From positions 2,464,001 to 2,528,000 of the forward strand of contig OY829846.1 of NCBI GenBank assembly GCA_963691875.1: DNA of 64,000 nt. The letters run 5' to 3'. Origin of the DNA: Aureliella sp. (GTDB taxonomy: Bacteria > Planctomycetota > Planctomycetia > Pirellulales > Pirellulaceae). The position numbers and the translations under genes were made by a program. Positions 29,152-39,700 of this stretch are shown in pieces (position 1 is the stretch's first letter; every line of letters begins with the position of its first letter). A model generated the notes under the pieces. That model saw only the letters and a list, made by a program, of their open reading frames with translations. It was not told where the DNA came from and searched no databases.

Positions 29152-30429
29152 ATGAAACACATCACACGCCGACAACTTCTAAAAGTGGGCGCGATTGGCG
29201 TGGGCCTGTCGCTTCCCCAATACTTGCGATTGCAAGCAGCCGAAAATGCCCCCCCGGACAAGCGTTCCGCAATCTTCATTTTTATGGAAGGTGCGCCTTC
29301 ACATCAGGATACGTTCGATTTGAAGCCGGACGCTCCTGTCGAATTCCGTGGTGAGTTCAAGCCGATTCCCACCAACGTGCCGGGCGTTCAAATCTGCGAG
29401 CATCTTCCGATGCTGGCCAAGCGAGCCGACAAATACGCCATCCTCCGTGGTATCACACACAACGTGGCCGATCACGGCCTCGCCAAAAAATATCTGTTGA
29501 CGGGTAACAAAGCATCACAGACAGTCAGCTACCCGGAATATGGCAGTGTGGTGAGTCACGAGTTTCCGTCACCGCCCAATTTGCCAACGTACGTATCGGT
29601 CGACGAGTCGTTTGTCGGTCCCGGTTACCTTGGTTCGCGATACAGCCCGCTGACTGCCGATAAACCGAAACATGCCGTTCCCTACAAGGTTCGAGGTGTT
29701 TCGCTTGAGGACGGCTTGACCGTCGAAAAATACACTTCACAGAAGAGACTCTTAGATGACCTCGACACTGCTTTTCGGGGTTTTGAAGATCTCGACGATC
29801 AAGTTCGCGGAATAGACCGATTCTCGCAGCAAGCTTTCGACATCATTAGCTCGCCGCAAACGCGAGCGGCATTCGATTTGTCGAAAGAAAAGCCCAGTGA
29901 AAACGATCGCTTCGGAAAACACGAGTTCGGACAATCTCTGCTGCTGGCCGCCCGGCTGATCGAATCCGGAGTCCACTTTGTCACCATTCGATTGCGTCCT
30001 GCCGAATTCGACTTCGACACGCATTCCGACAACTTTTCAAGACTGCGAACCTTGCTGCCACCGTTCGACCGAGCGCTGGCCGCGTTGATCGACCGATTGG
30101 AAGAACGTGGCTTGCTCGCATCCACCGCAATCATGGCCGCAGGAGAATTTGGCCGCACACCTCGGATCAACAAATCAGGAGGGCGAGATCATTGGGCAAG
30201 AGCGATGTGTGCCGTCATGGCAGGCGGAGAAGTGGCTGGTGGCCAGGTGATTGGCGAAACGAACGCAACGGCCGCCGAGCCAGCATCAGTCGGTTACACA
30301 CCCGACGATGTTGCCGCCTCCTTCTTCGCGAATATTGGCATCCCTCCGAACACTGAGTTTCAAACGAATGTCGGCCGCCCTATAACGCTCGTACGAGATG
30401 GCTCGCCAATCAGTAAGCTGTTTAGTTGA
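29152..30429 (+). CDS. DUF1501 protein, Tat-exported
   Basis: TRRQLL; GAPSHQDTFDLKP; FDTH; EFGRTPRIN..GRDHW. Confidence 0.94.
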   Translation: MKHITRRQLLKVGAIGVGLSLPQYLRLQAAENAPPDKRSAIFIFMEGAPSHQDTFDLKPDAPVEFRGEFKPIPTNVPGVQICEHLPMLAKRADKYAILRGITHNVADHGLAKKYLLTGNKASQTVSYPEYGSVVSHEFPSPPNLPTYVSVDESFVGPGYLGSRYSPLTADKPKHAVPYKVRGVSLEDGLTVEKYTSQKRLLDDLDTAFRGFEDLDDQVRGIDRFSQQAFDIISSPQTRAAFDLSKEKPSENDRFGKHEFGQSLLLAARLIESGVHFVTIRLRPAEFDFDTHSDNFSRLRTLLPPFDRALAALIDRLEERGLLASTAIMAAGEFGRTPRINKSGGRDHWARAMCAVMAGGEVAGGQVIGETNATAAEPASVGYTPDDVAASFFANIGIPPNTEFQTNVGRPITLVRDGSPISKLFS

Positions 30430-30795
30430 TGACCTCATGCGGTCTTTGAATCGTCATTTCCGTTTCGAGATCGACGTAAGTTGTTGATACAAAAGGCCTC
30501 CAACTCAATGAGCCCGTGTTCGCATAGTGGATGATTCGGTAAGCGAGATATGAAGACTTCGTGCGCCGTCGCAACCGCAAAGGTCGGTTTCACCCCCGCA
30601 ACTTACGGTGACGCACAATCTGCCGAATTCGATGCAGCCGAGGCGAGTTATTGGGACCGCGCCTCTGCCGTGTAGCAGTTCATTTAACGCCCTTGTGTTC
30701 CCGGCACAAAAGACGTTCGCCCGCACGGCGAGGAGTGGTCTCGATATGCCGACGCACTTTGATTGTCTAGTGACAATGAACATTGAATTGGTCCT

Positions 30796-32883
30796 CTAAT
30801 TCTCAATTCGGATGTCATCGACGAAAAACTCGACGACTTTCGATCCGTGATAGCTTGACCAATGGAATGGTGTTTTGATGCGGGTCAAGTCTTTGCCATC
30901 CAAGTCGATTTCGTATTGCTTCCATTCTTTGGTTAGCTTCACCGGAAGGTTGCTTTTGGCTGTGTCAAAGTAAGTTTCGCTCGGGCCAATGCCGCCAAGA
31001 GCGAAGGTAACTTCTTCTCCACCGTTGGCGCCGCGGGCCCAAAACGTGAGACGCTTTGCGCCTGAGAAATCGAAGCCGCCAGCGCGCCCTCCCCAGTCAC
31101 CTGCTGGGTGTTGCCAGTTCACTCCGGACCAAGCGCCAGCCGGTGCGTGAATCTGCAAGCAGCTTGATCCTGAATGTGGTCTATCTTTCCAGTCGAAGTT
31201 CATTTTGATCTGCCCCGACTTGTCACCCATGTAGCCACTTGGCGAATACGGTTGTTGGGGCCGGCGGTCTGAGTAGAGACTGTATGGCAGTTTGAGTGGT
31301 TTGGCTTTGACTAACTCTACCTTGCGTTTGATCGTAACAGTTGTGGTTGCAGTCGCCGCGTTACCTTCGCCGTCGAATACGTAAGCGTATACGCGAAAGG
31401 CCCCCAAGGCTGGTGGAGTGATTGTCGCTTCGTTGCTGGCGGGGTCGCTGTGTTTGATTGCCTGGAACAGGTTTTTGTTGGAACTGATGTGATCGCCACC
31501 GACTGTCGCGCGAAGCTCCCGTTTCAGCTCAAAGCGGTAGGAAAGGTCATCATCGTCTCGATCTGAAGCGACAACAGAAAACGTGATAGGCTGGCCGGCG
31601 AAAGCAACGTGTTCGAGCGGCGTTACGTTGAAGGACTCAATATTTGGACACCAGTTTGCGGGCGGCTTACCTTCAAACAATTCGTGGAAGACTTCTGCGC
31701 CGGCCAGTCGCTCGCCGCTATCCAACCACTGACCGAAGTATGTGTCTGTCTTTTCGATCTTCTTCCCCCACACGAAACTGTAGCCGCCGAAACAGAAACC
31801 GGGGTGTCTTGCGATACCTTGCTGGTAGATTCTGCGATAGATCTCAGCTTTTTCAGTGCTGGTTGGTTCCTTCGTCAAGCCAAACTGATCGCGCGGCTGC
31901 AGTGGGGGTCCGTACTCGGTGACGATACATGGCTTGTCAAGTTTTGCGTTCTTGTAGCGTCCGACAATCGTGTAGACGCTGTCGTAGGCGTTCAGTCCGA
32001 CAACATCAATATCAGGGCAATGACGACGTATCTGTTCGACGTTGATATTGTTCGCCCCCAACTCTGCAATCACGATCATCGTCGGATGATACGGATCGAT
32101 TTCCTTGATTGCTTTTGCAGCCGAATTGATGGCTTGCCAAGGTTTGTCGTCGCCGGAGTGTCCCGTTTCGACTTCGTTTCCGACGCCCCAGAATAGTAGT
32201 GCTGGATGGTCCTTGTATTTCTTGACCGCAGCGACCAAGTCATCCTGCTGTCGTTTAACCACTTCTGGCTTGTGATAGTTAAAGCCGTGTCGCGGATGCC
32301 CCATCCAGTAGCCAAGCGATACGGACATTCCGTGTTCATAGGCTCGATCAAGTAAGTCTGGCGTACCCTTTCCGATGCCCCACGTGCGGATTGAGTTCGC
32401 GCCAAAGTGCACCGCTGTCGCGAGGTGTTTATCGCCGCCAACGCCCTTCACGAAATAGGGTTTGCCATTGCGGAGCAATTGCCAGCGCTGGTCGCCTTTC
32501 CGAGCGAACTGGACTTTCGACGGGCTATCTTCGTAGCCGCGCTCGCTGGGGGCCACCTTTGCGTTGGGTTCTTCCTGCGGTTTGGCCATAGCAACCACAG
32601 ATTTCTGATTTTCCTCCGCAGCTTGCTCCTTGGTCTCGTCACCCCTCGGTTCTTTAATTGCCTCTATGGGTTCAGTGACGGGTATTGCGGCTGTTTCGGC
32701 CGTCGGCTTGATGCCAATCGATGCATTCTCTACTTCAACGTTCTCTTTTGACAGATTCGAAACCAACGTTCCTCGACTAGGCTTTACTTCGGAAGCCATC
32801 ATCACGTAACGACCAATGCTCAGCCCAACGATTGCCAGGCCGACTACGTTGAGAATTGGAAAGAGGTTATTTGTTGCTTTCAT
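30796..32883 (-). CDS. Glycoside hydrolase (GH2-like TIM barrel) with C-terminal carbohydrate-binding-like domain
   Basis: NGKPYFVKG, GANSIRTW, YKDHPALLFWGVGNE (acid/base), IVTEYG (nucleophile); LTFWARG..WKQYEIDL. Confidence 0.85.
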   Translation of the reverse strand: MKATNNLFPILNVVGLAIVGLSIGRYVMMASEVKPSRGTLVSNLSKENVEVENASIGIKPTAETAAIPVTEPIEAIKEPRGDETKEQAAEENQKSVVAMAKPQEEPNAKVAPSERGYEDSPSKVQFARKGDQRWQLLRNGKPYFVKGVGGDKHLATAVHFGANSIRTWGIGKGTPDLLDRAYEHGMSVSLGYWMGHPRHGFNYHKPEVVKRQQDDLVAAVKKYKDHPALLFWGVGNEVETGHSGDDKPWQAINSAAKAIKEIDPYHPTMIVIAELGANNINVEQIRRHCPDIDVVGLNAYDSVYTIVGRYKNAKLDKPCIVTEYGPPLQPRDQFGLTKEPTSTEKAEIYRRIYQQGIARHPGFCFGGYSFVWGKKIEKTDTYFGQWLDSGERLAGAEVFHELFEGKPPANWCPNIESFNVTPLEHVAFAGQPITFSVVASDRDDDDLSYRFELKRELRATVGGDHISSNKNLFQAIKHSDPASNEATITPPALGAFRVYAYVFDGEGNAATATTTVTIKRKVELVKAKPLKLPYSLYSDRRPQQPYSPSGYMGDKSGQIKMNFDWKDRPHSGSSCLQIHAPAGAWSGVNWQHPAGDWGGRAGGFDFSGAKRLTFWARGANGGEEVTFALGGIGPSETYFDTAKSNLPVKLTKEWKQYEIDLDGKDLTRIKTPFHWSSYHGSKVVEFFVDDIRIEN

Positions 32884-32919
32884 GCTCGAATCTATTTCTT
32901 CATTAAACAGGCAGTCGTT

Positions 32920-33170
32920 CTACCTTGACTGATGCATCGTAAGGTCCGTCGGAATTCGCAAGCCGTAGTCATCGATCAAATTCACCTTGAATGATCATGA
33001 TCCGGCATCGAGCGTTTCGCATCCGCGCTGTCGCCTTGCGCCGACCGAATCGATTTCAATCAGGATCTGATTCCAGCCTTCATTTAGTTGGACCACAACT
33101 CCTTCGCCGCTCCACCGTTGCTGAGGAGCCTCGATGCCGTTGCCCCACGTGATGGCTGGCCAATCCTCCC
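32920..33170 (-). pseudogene. Decayed gene fragment
   Basis: VVQLNEGWNQILIEI..GS*SFKVNLIDDYG resembles a V.L..GWN.IL....W.F...D..G beta-domain, with TGA at a probable Trp; no intact 5' part. Confidence 0.4.
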
Positions 33171-33344
33171 ACGTATTCTCACATTTTTTGGTTTTTTTGG
33201 AAGAAAAAAACAAACACTTGATTAGCCGTGATCATAACGTTGCCGACGCATCGCCATTTAATTTTCTCCCCAGGCTTATGCCCACCAGCACAGCTTGTTG
33301 CAGACATCGAACGAGATAAAGAAGAGTGCCGACGTTAAGTCACC

Positions 33345-33383
33345 GTACTCGTACTCAGCAACTCGTTACGAGTACTCGTACTC
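33345..33383. repeat. GTACTC hexamer repeat element
   Basis: GTACTCGTACTC occurs twice (33345 and 33372). Confidence 0.6.
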
Positions 33384-33758
33384 TCGAATCGCGGCACCGT
33401 CGAAGGCCCCAAATCCGCCAGCTTCTAGCGCGAAGTCTTTGGTCACGTGTGTGACTTTTAGGTGGGGGCGATTCTGATGATTGTTGAGCTGTAGTGAATG
33501 GCCACAATTGCTTCTTCCTGGCGAATCTGATGTGAACTACAAGAAAGGCTTGCAAGAACATCCGCACGCAGAGATAGCAAGTTCAGCTAAGAAATGTTTC
33601 GGACGGCTCACCACATGGGTCTTCAGAGGCAGAGAACCGCGATAGACGTTAAGTATCCGAAAGCAGCGGGTTGGTGCTGCGACTGGTACCAATTGGCGGG
33701 CCGGACTTTTGAAAAAAAGGTGCACGGTCGCGGTGAAGGAAATGCTTTAGGAAAGAAA

Positions 33759-33792
33759 CGTCACTGAGGCTTGGGGGAAAGCCCCAGTGACG
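33759..33792 (-). terminator. Hairpin downstream of the DUF1559 pseudogene
   Basis: CGTCACTG-AGGCTT..AAGCCC-CAGTGACG followed by TTTCTTT on the minus strand. Confidence 0.6.
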
Positions 33793-33815
33793 AAGCTGCG
33801 GATTGAATGATTTTC

Positions 33816-34868
33816 CTACTGGTAGTCGCCAAGTAGTACTTCATTGTCTCGCATTCCGTTAAGACGCAGCCATTCCTGCTTGTCAATATTGACACTTAGA
33901 CCGAATACGGAACCGTCAACTCGTACAAACTGGACGATCCCGGTGTGATAGCTGTTAAAGGCAACGCGAATGTCGTTTCCAGGCGACCAGACTTGGGATG
34001 TTGAAGCAGCCAGTGTGGGCGCTGAAATCCATAACCAGGTCGAATGCCGCCCATTCGAAGAACCGCCGTGTGATTCACCAATCGACAGAGTGTTTGAAGT
34101 TCCGTCAGTGACGTGAGCCAGCTTCGTCTTCGAGCGATTTCGGAAAACGCCTTCCCATTTCTTGTTGCTAACATCGGGTCGACCATGGCAGCCAACGTAG
34201 GTTGTACGGCCATCGTTGGCTCGCGCTGCCCAACCGGACGAGGTCCCACGCCAAGTGGTCTGAATGATTCCAGCGCTCGGTGGTGCCGCGCCTCGGATGT
34301 GACCTCGAGACCAAACCATCGTGGGGGCCTTCGCATCAGACGGACACAGCAAACCAGGAATCTTGAACTGCGAGACTACCCAAGGCTGCTCGGCGTTTTG
34401 GAGCGTCGCCGCGGGTAATGTACTAAACCAGCGGAGGTCTTCCCCTGACTCGGAAAAGCGGTCGAGCCGCAGCAAATGACTGGGAAACTGGTTCTAGATG
34501 TTGTTCAACTCCATGAAGGGAAATAGGTTGATCATCATTCCGTAGAATTGATCGCTGCTTTGGAACGGGGCGGCGTAGGGATCGTCTCGACGTGGGCCAA
34601 GATATCCGGGGGGGAGCCGCTTATAGGCAGACTCGAAGTTCAGCGTTGCCAGTCCAAGCTGCTTCAAGTTGTTTTGGCAGCTCATTCTTCGAGCCGCTTC
34701 GCGGGCAGCTTATACGGCGGGCAGCAAAAGCCCGACCAAAATCCCGATGATTGCAATGACGACTAGAAGTTCGACCAGCGTGAATGCGGATCGCCGCTGC
34801 CCAGCAAATGACGCGATGCCTTGCTCGCTATTACCATGCTGCGCACAAATGTGCTTTTTCAAAAACAT
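33816..34868 (-). pseudogene. DUF1559 prepilin-type N-methylation domain gene with two nonsense codons
   Basis: [69 protein letters not shown] at 34712-34710 and TAG at 34496-34494, all one frame. Confidence 0.9.
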
Positions 34869-35210
34869 GAATCTCTCCCAACTCAAGTAAACAATCAGAT
34901 CGCGAGAACGGACAAGGAGCGAACCGACACTTGCACCGCAAAAGTGCAGGGATCCGATGTCTAGCGATCAAAAAATTTACTTCTCATTGTCAGAGAGAGT
35001 GCGACTGAGAAGTTTCAACAGATTAGCGGAGAGGCATGAAAAAGCAAGCTCTTTTCGAGCTTTCTCGATTTTCGGCTGCAAGTCGGGAAGATTCGCGGGC
35101 TGGCGGCAACCCTATCTAAGTGAGCTCGGCTTACGCTTATTCCTCAGGCGTCCCGAGCGGCGAAAATGCGCCATTCAGCCATTCTTGCTCGCATGTAGAT
35201 CTAATGTCTC

Positions 35211-35245
35211 TTGCACACCTCGAAGCTTAGAGTACAACCGTACTC
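35211..35245 (+). promoter_or_regulatory. Candidate promoter overlapped by a BlaI-type operator palindrome
   Basis: TTGCAC-N16-TACAAC; GAGTAC-AACC-GTACTC palindrome containing TACA-NN-CGTA. Confidence 0.5.
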
Positions 35246-35474
35246 AGATGTCACGCATGAACACGAAACTGAAGCAACGCGAGACTGCCATCCGATCCAC
35301 CACTTTTGTGCATCGGGGCCGGAATAGCTGATGCACATGCGTGCTGGTGAGGTTGCTTTTTCGCTGGCAGATTTTTCTAGCTGGGTTGAGCCTTATACCC
35401 ACCTAGTGGCCCTGCTCCGCGATAGTTGCTCATTTGGTGGCTACTGCAAACTCAATTGTTCGGAGAAGGGTTCG

Positions 35475-35876
35475 ATGGAAGAGCATCGCCCGCGCATATC
35501 GAGAGGCGAGACTGAAGTACTGAAGGCGCTGTGGAATATTTCGCAGGGTAGTGTGGGTGATATCTACGACGCTGTAGACCCCAACCTGGAGATGGACTAC
35601 ACCACGGTGCAAACTTATGTTCGAAGGCTTGAAGCTAAAGGTTACTTGCATTCAAGTCGTCGAGGCAGACTCAAGATCTATTCCGCTGCCATTCGCCGCA
35701 GCCAGCTGGAGCGTGAGACGATTGATGACTTTGTGCAACGTATCTTCGACGGTGACATCCTGCCGATGTTTAAGCACATGGTTAGTGGCCGAGAGATAAG
35801 CAGCGAAGAAATCGAAGACTTAATGAAGATCGTCGAGGAACTCAAGCAAGATCGGGAGGATCGCGATGCTCACTAG
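35475..35876 (+). CDS. BlaI/MecI/CopY family repressor
   Basis: ISRGETEVLKALW..YTTVQTYVRRLEAKGYL..FVQRIFDG. Confidence 0.92.
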   Translation: MEEHRPRISRGETEVLKALWNISQGSVGDIYDAVDPNLEMDYTTVQTYVRRLEAKGYLHSSRRGRLKIYSAAIRRSQLERETIDDFVQRIFDGDILPMFKHMVSGREISSEEIEDLMKIVEELKQDREDRDAH

Positions 35877-37506
35877 CCTTACGGAAAATTGGCTATACGC
35901 ACATGTCATGCAGTTCACGTTAGTGTTCATTGTGCTGGGCTTGCTAGCGATGCTGATTGCTCGCCGCTGGCCGGCACTTGCCTGCCTGCTGCTAACGTTT
36001 GGGATTCTGAAGAGTCTATTCCCGCCGGTAATTACCAGCCCTACTGGAGTGTTTCCATGGCTTCCCACTTTGGCGGCTGAATCAACGCAAACTAGTTGGA
36101 AGAAATCGAAACTCGAGCACCTGCAAGCAGACAACCTTGCAGAGCAGGAAGACATGCGCTCCTGGCCGGGTGTGGGGCAGGACGACGCGTTGCCCTCAAC
36201 CAAACTTTTTGATTCGTGGCCATTGTTGGCAACCATCTGGGCGACAGGAGCAGCGGTAGTCCTGGTTCCCTCCTTAGTACAGTTTCGGAGGCTGCAGCAG
36301 ATTCTGGCCAAGTGCCAGGAAACGACTTCGGTGAACCTACTCAGGACGGTAGGGGAACTCACGAAGCAGCTGGGGATACGTCATCGAGTGCGCGTGTTGA
36401 TTTCAGACAGCAACGTTGGCCCAGGGTGCATTGGAGCGATCCGTCCTGCCCTGGTCCTCCCGCGGCTGATGCTGGAAGAGCTGCCTGACAAGTTTTTGCG
36501 TCCAATTCTGGTTCATGAGCTAATCCACACGCGACGCCACGACGCCTTATGGGGCTACCTCCAGTACGGAGCTCAAGTACTGTGGTGGTTCCATCCGCTT
36601 GTGTGGTGGATTGGTCGACAGAACCACTTGCTTTGCGAGCGGAGTGTCGATGCCGCGGTTGTGCGCAGGATGGGTTGCTCTCCTGCGGTTTACGGAGAGA
36701 GCTTAGTGCGGGTTTTAGAATTCAAACGTCGCCTCGGAAAGCTCCCACAGAGCCGCCGAATCTCTGCAGCAGAAATCACCTCACGTCGCCTAACCTGGCT
36801 CAAAAACACAGAAAAGAATCCTCCAAGCTGGAAGTGCTCGCAGTGCCTGCTGGTGTGTGCCGTTTTGCTTACGGTAACTTTGCTTCCCGGCATGCGTTGG
36901 TCGGATTCCTCGGATCAACAACTTCGAGATTTTGCCGACGGGCGTGACCAGATACTTGCGTGCCTTCAGGCACAGCAGTGGGGGCTGGCGGAAGACCTGC
37001 TGCAAGATGCACTGGCAGAAGCCCCAGCCGAGCCAGGTGCTCTGATGCTGCTTGGGTTTCTGCAGAACACACAAGAACGCAGCATGGAAGCACTTCACAA
37101 TTTTCGTCGCGCTACGCTGCACCCCGCAACGCGGCCTTCGGCCTTGTTCAACCGCGCCAAGATCTTGGCCTCACTTGGTCAGCACAATTCGGCACTGCAC
37201 TGCTTATGCCAAGCCTACGACTCAGGCTTCGTCTGCATGCATGATTTGCACGACGAGGAGGAATTAGAACCACTATTCAAACATCAACGCTTTATTTCGC
37301 TCAGGCAAGAATCCATGGATCGAGCGAAAACAATCTTGCAACAAGGCGATCGTCATTTGGTAACAACACTGTCTGGCTGGGCTGAGGCTTCTACCGAAGC
37401 GAAACTGGCGAGCAATGTCCATGGAGGCTACGCAAAAAACCTTAGGAACTCATTTTTCGATTCCAGCATGGACTGTAAAGCAGGACCGGAAAAAGTACGG
37501 TTTTGA
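35866..37506 (+). CDS. BlaR1-like M56 peptidase with TPR region
   Basis: TM helices; HELIH zinc motif; WWFHPLVWW; CERSVD; C-terminal TPR. Confidence 0.88.
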   Translation: MLTSLTENWLYAHVMQFTLVFIVLGLLAMLIARRWPALACLLLTFGILKSLFPPVITSPTGVFPWLPTLAAESTQTSWKKSKLEHLQADNLAEQEDMRSWPGVGQDDALPSTKLFDSWPLLATIWATGAAVVLVPSLVQFRRLQQILAKCQETTSVNLLRTVGELTKQLGIRHRVRVLISDSNVGPGCIGAIRPALVLPRLMLEELPDKFLRPILVHELIHTRRHDALWGYLQYGAQVLWWFHPLVWWIGRQNHLLCERSVDAAVVRRMGCSPAVYGESLVRVLEFKRRLGKLPQSRRISAAEITSRRLTWLKNTEKNPPSWKCSQCLLVCAVLLTVTLLPGMRWSDSSDQQLRDFADGRDQILACLQAQQWGLAEDLLQDALAEAPAEPGALMLLGFLQNTQERSMEALHNFRRATLHPATRPSALFNRAKILASLGQHNSALHCLCQAYDSGFVCMHDLHDEEELEPLFKHQRFISLRQESMDRAKTILQQGDRHLVTTLSGWAEASTEAKLASNVHGGYAKNLRNSFFDSSMDCKAGPEKVRF

Positions 37507-38482
37507 TTCTCAGGTCTGGGTTGGCCCAGAAGGAAGCGTAACAGAAGTCCAAGGAGCCATGCATGGCGAGAGCTTCCAGATGCTGGCGGTGCACTACGGT
37601 ATTTCGGGTAGCCGATCCATGCAACGCACTACGGTGAAATGCGACCGTAGCAAGGTTCTCAGTCAATTGGTTGAACTTTCGCTGGACCAAGGAGAACACT
37701 GGAACCCTGTCGCAAATCGCCATTACAGCCTACGCCCGGTGGATACGATCAACGGTAGCGGCAATACGATTACCCTGCCCAGAAACCCCCTAAAGAAAAC
37801 ACCGAGCCCAGATTCCAACGGAACGGGAAGCAAATCGCTGCAGCTTGATAAAGGCGCGTCGGTCTGCCTATCTAGTTCCTAGTACCAAAGCCGAACCAAA
37901 CACTTATCAGAAACAGCCTACTCGATATTTTCCGATCACGATTGCCAAGGACCAGGTACCTTTGGCGAATGAATCAAGAGTCTTTTCACAGGAGGAGATT
38001 TTCTGGAAGAAAAATCAGCGCCGCTCACTGGGGAAAACCAAGCACTGCATATGCTGGGATTCCAGAGAGAGCCAGAGAGTACAGCAAGTGGATTCCAATT
38101 GTCTTCTTTGCATAACCTCGCAGACAAGCAGATTCAAACTTCCCGGCGCTGACTTTCTTCGCTTTATTGCTTTCTTCGCTTTATTGCTTCTAGGCAATAG
38201 CTTAGTTGTTCGACAAAGGTTGAACCGAAGGCCCTTAGCGAAACAATAAGCAAATGGCTAAGTTCAGATTTGCATTCAGACCCGGTAATTCACCCATTAA
38301 TCATACCGCTCTTAGGAGCGGTTGCAAACAAAAGTCGTGTTTTCCGATTTTCTCAGCTGGGTTCTCGTTCGCCCTTTAACTCTGCGTGTGATGTGGTTCA
38401 GTCCGGCATACCATACAATAGCCGCTTTAAATTCAGGGCCGGTGTTCTTTACGCGAGCACAATTCTTTGACGAGCTAACATC

Positions 38483-39700
38483 ATGGAGCGATTTCGTCTT
38501 TCTGCGATTTCCCCCGAGCAGGATTCTTTGACGCATGTAGCCCAGATTTCGGACGAGGATGCGAAAAGACTTCGTGCTGACATCACTCAAGCATGCGATA
38601 GGATGGAAAAAGTGTATCGCTCAGGCCGATACCTTAGGCTCTCAGTGACCAGAGGCTGGTCAAAACACAATCCAACGATTTCTGGCAAGATAGCCCGCCC
38701 GTCTGCATATCGATGGTATCTCAAGCGAGAACTTTTCCGATTGGCCAGCAAAGGAGCCGAAATTGAAATTGAGCCCGCGCAGGAAAGAGTCAGTCTGAAT
38801 TCGCCAGAGTTGCTCTCTCGAATCGATGAAGTTGGTTTCGATCACACGCGGAAGAAAGTTTTTCTGTTCGGCCCGGAGCGTTCTGAATTATCCATCCAAA
38901 GACTTGAGCATTACACTGGAACGCAACCCGAGCATTTTCAGCGATACGTGTTGCTGACGAACTATCAGATGCACATGGATGCCTTCGTCGCCATGTTTCC
39001 TGATTGCATCCAGAGTCCTTCCGGAGTGCAGATGCCGGCCTACCATCAGCGGACAGAAGAGAATGACGGTGTTAGCATCGTCAATATTGGAGTTGGTCCA
39101 TCGAATGCCAAGAACTTCACAGATCATTTGGCCGTGTTGAGGCCGGATTCCATGATCATGGTGGGACATTGCGCCGGAATTCGCAATCACCAGGAGATTG
39201 GCGATTTTGTTTTGGCATCTGGTTACATGCGGGCTGACCATGTGCTGGATGCGGCCTTACCTCGCTCGGTTCCACTCACTCCCAGTTTTTTACTCAATCG
39301 CTACTTGGCCGCAGTGCTAGACGAACGCAGTTTGCCTTATCGCCACGGAACGGTCTACACGACGGATGATCGCAACTGGGAACTGGCTCTCAGTCGAACA
39401 TTGGAAGATCTCAAGTCCAGCCGCAGCACGGCAGTCGACATGGAGTCTGCAACGGTGGCCGCGAATGGATTCCGATACCGAATCCCTTCCGCCACTTTAC
39501 TTTGCGTTTCTGACAAACCGCTGCACGGGAAGCCAAAACTCCCTGACTCAGCGAAGGAGTTCTATTCTGAAACTAAGCAACAGCACCTTGCAGTCGCTTG
39601 TGAAGCCATTGCTATAGCCAGGCGTGAATATGCTTTTGGCTTGCCAAACAGCGAGATCCGTGGGTTAGACGAACCACTGCTTGGAGGCCCCAACTCGTGA
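38483..39700 (+). CDS. amn: AMP nucleosidase
   Basis: LEHYTGT, VLLTNY, QMPAYH, VNIGVGPSNAK, GHCAG, DRNWE, DMES, VSDKPLHG. Confidence 0.93.
   Translation: MERFRLSAISPEQDSLTHVAQISDEDAKRLRADITQACDRMEKVYRSGRYLRLSVTRGWSKHNPTISGKIARPSAYRWYLKRELFRLASKGAEIEIEPAQERVSLNSPELLSRIDEVGFDHTRKKVFLFGPERSELSIQRLEHYTGTQPEHFQRYVLLTNYQMHMDAFVAMFPDCIQSPSGVQMPAYHQRTEENDGVSIVNIGVGPSNAKNFTDHLAVLRPDSMIMVGHCAGIRNHQEIGDFVLASGYMRADHVLDAALPRSVPLTPSFLLNRYLAAVLDERSLPYRHGTVYTTDDRNWELALSRTLEDLKSSRSTAVDMESATVAANGFRYRIPSATLLCVSDKPLHGKPKLPDSAKEFYSETKQQHLAVACEAIAIARREYAFGLPNSEIRGLDEPLLGGPNS

Noticed and set aside
32995..32997. Second selenocysteine TGA
   Set aside because: Context suggests Trp; no redox motif and the ORF is decayed
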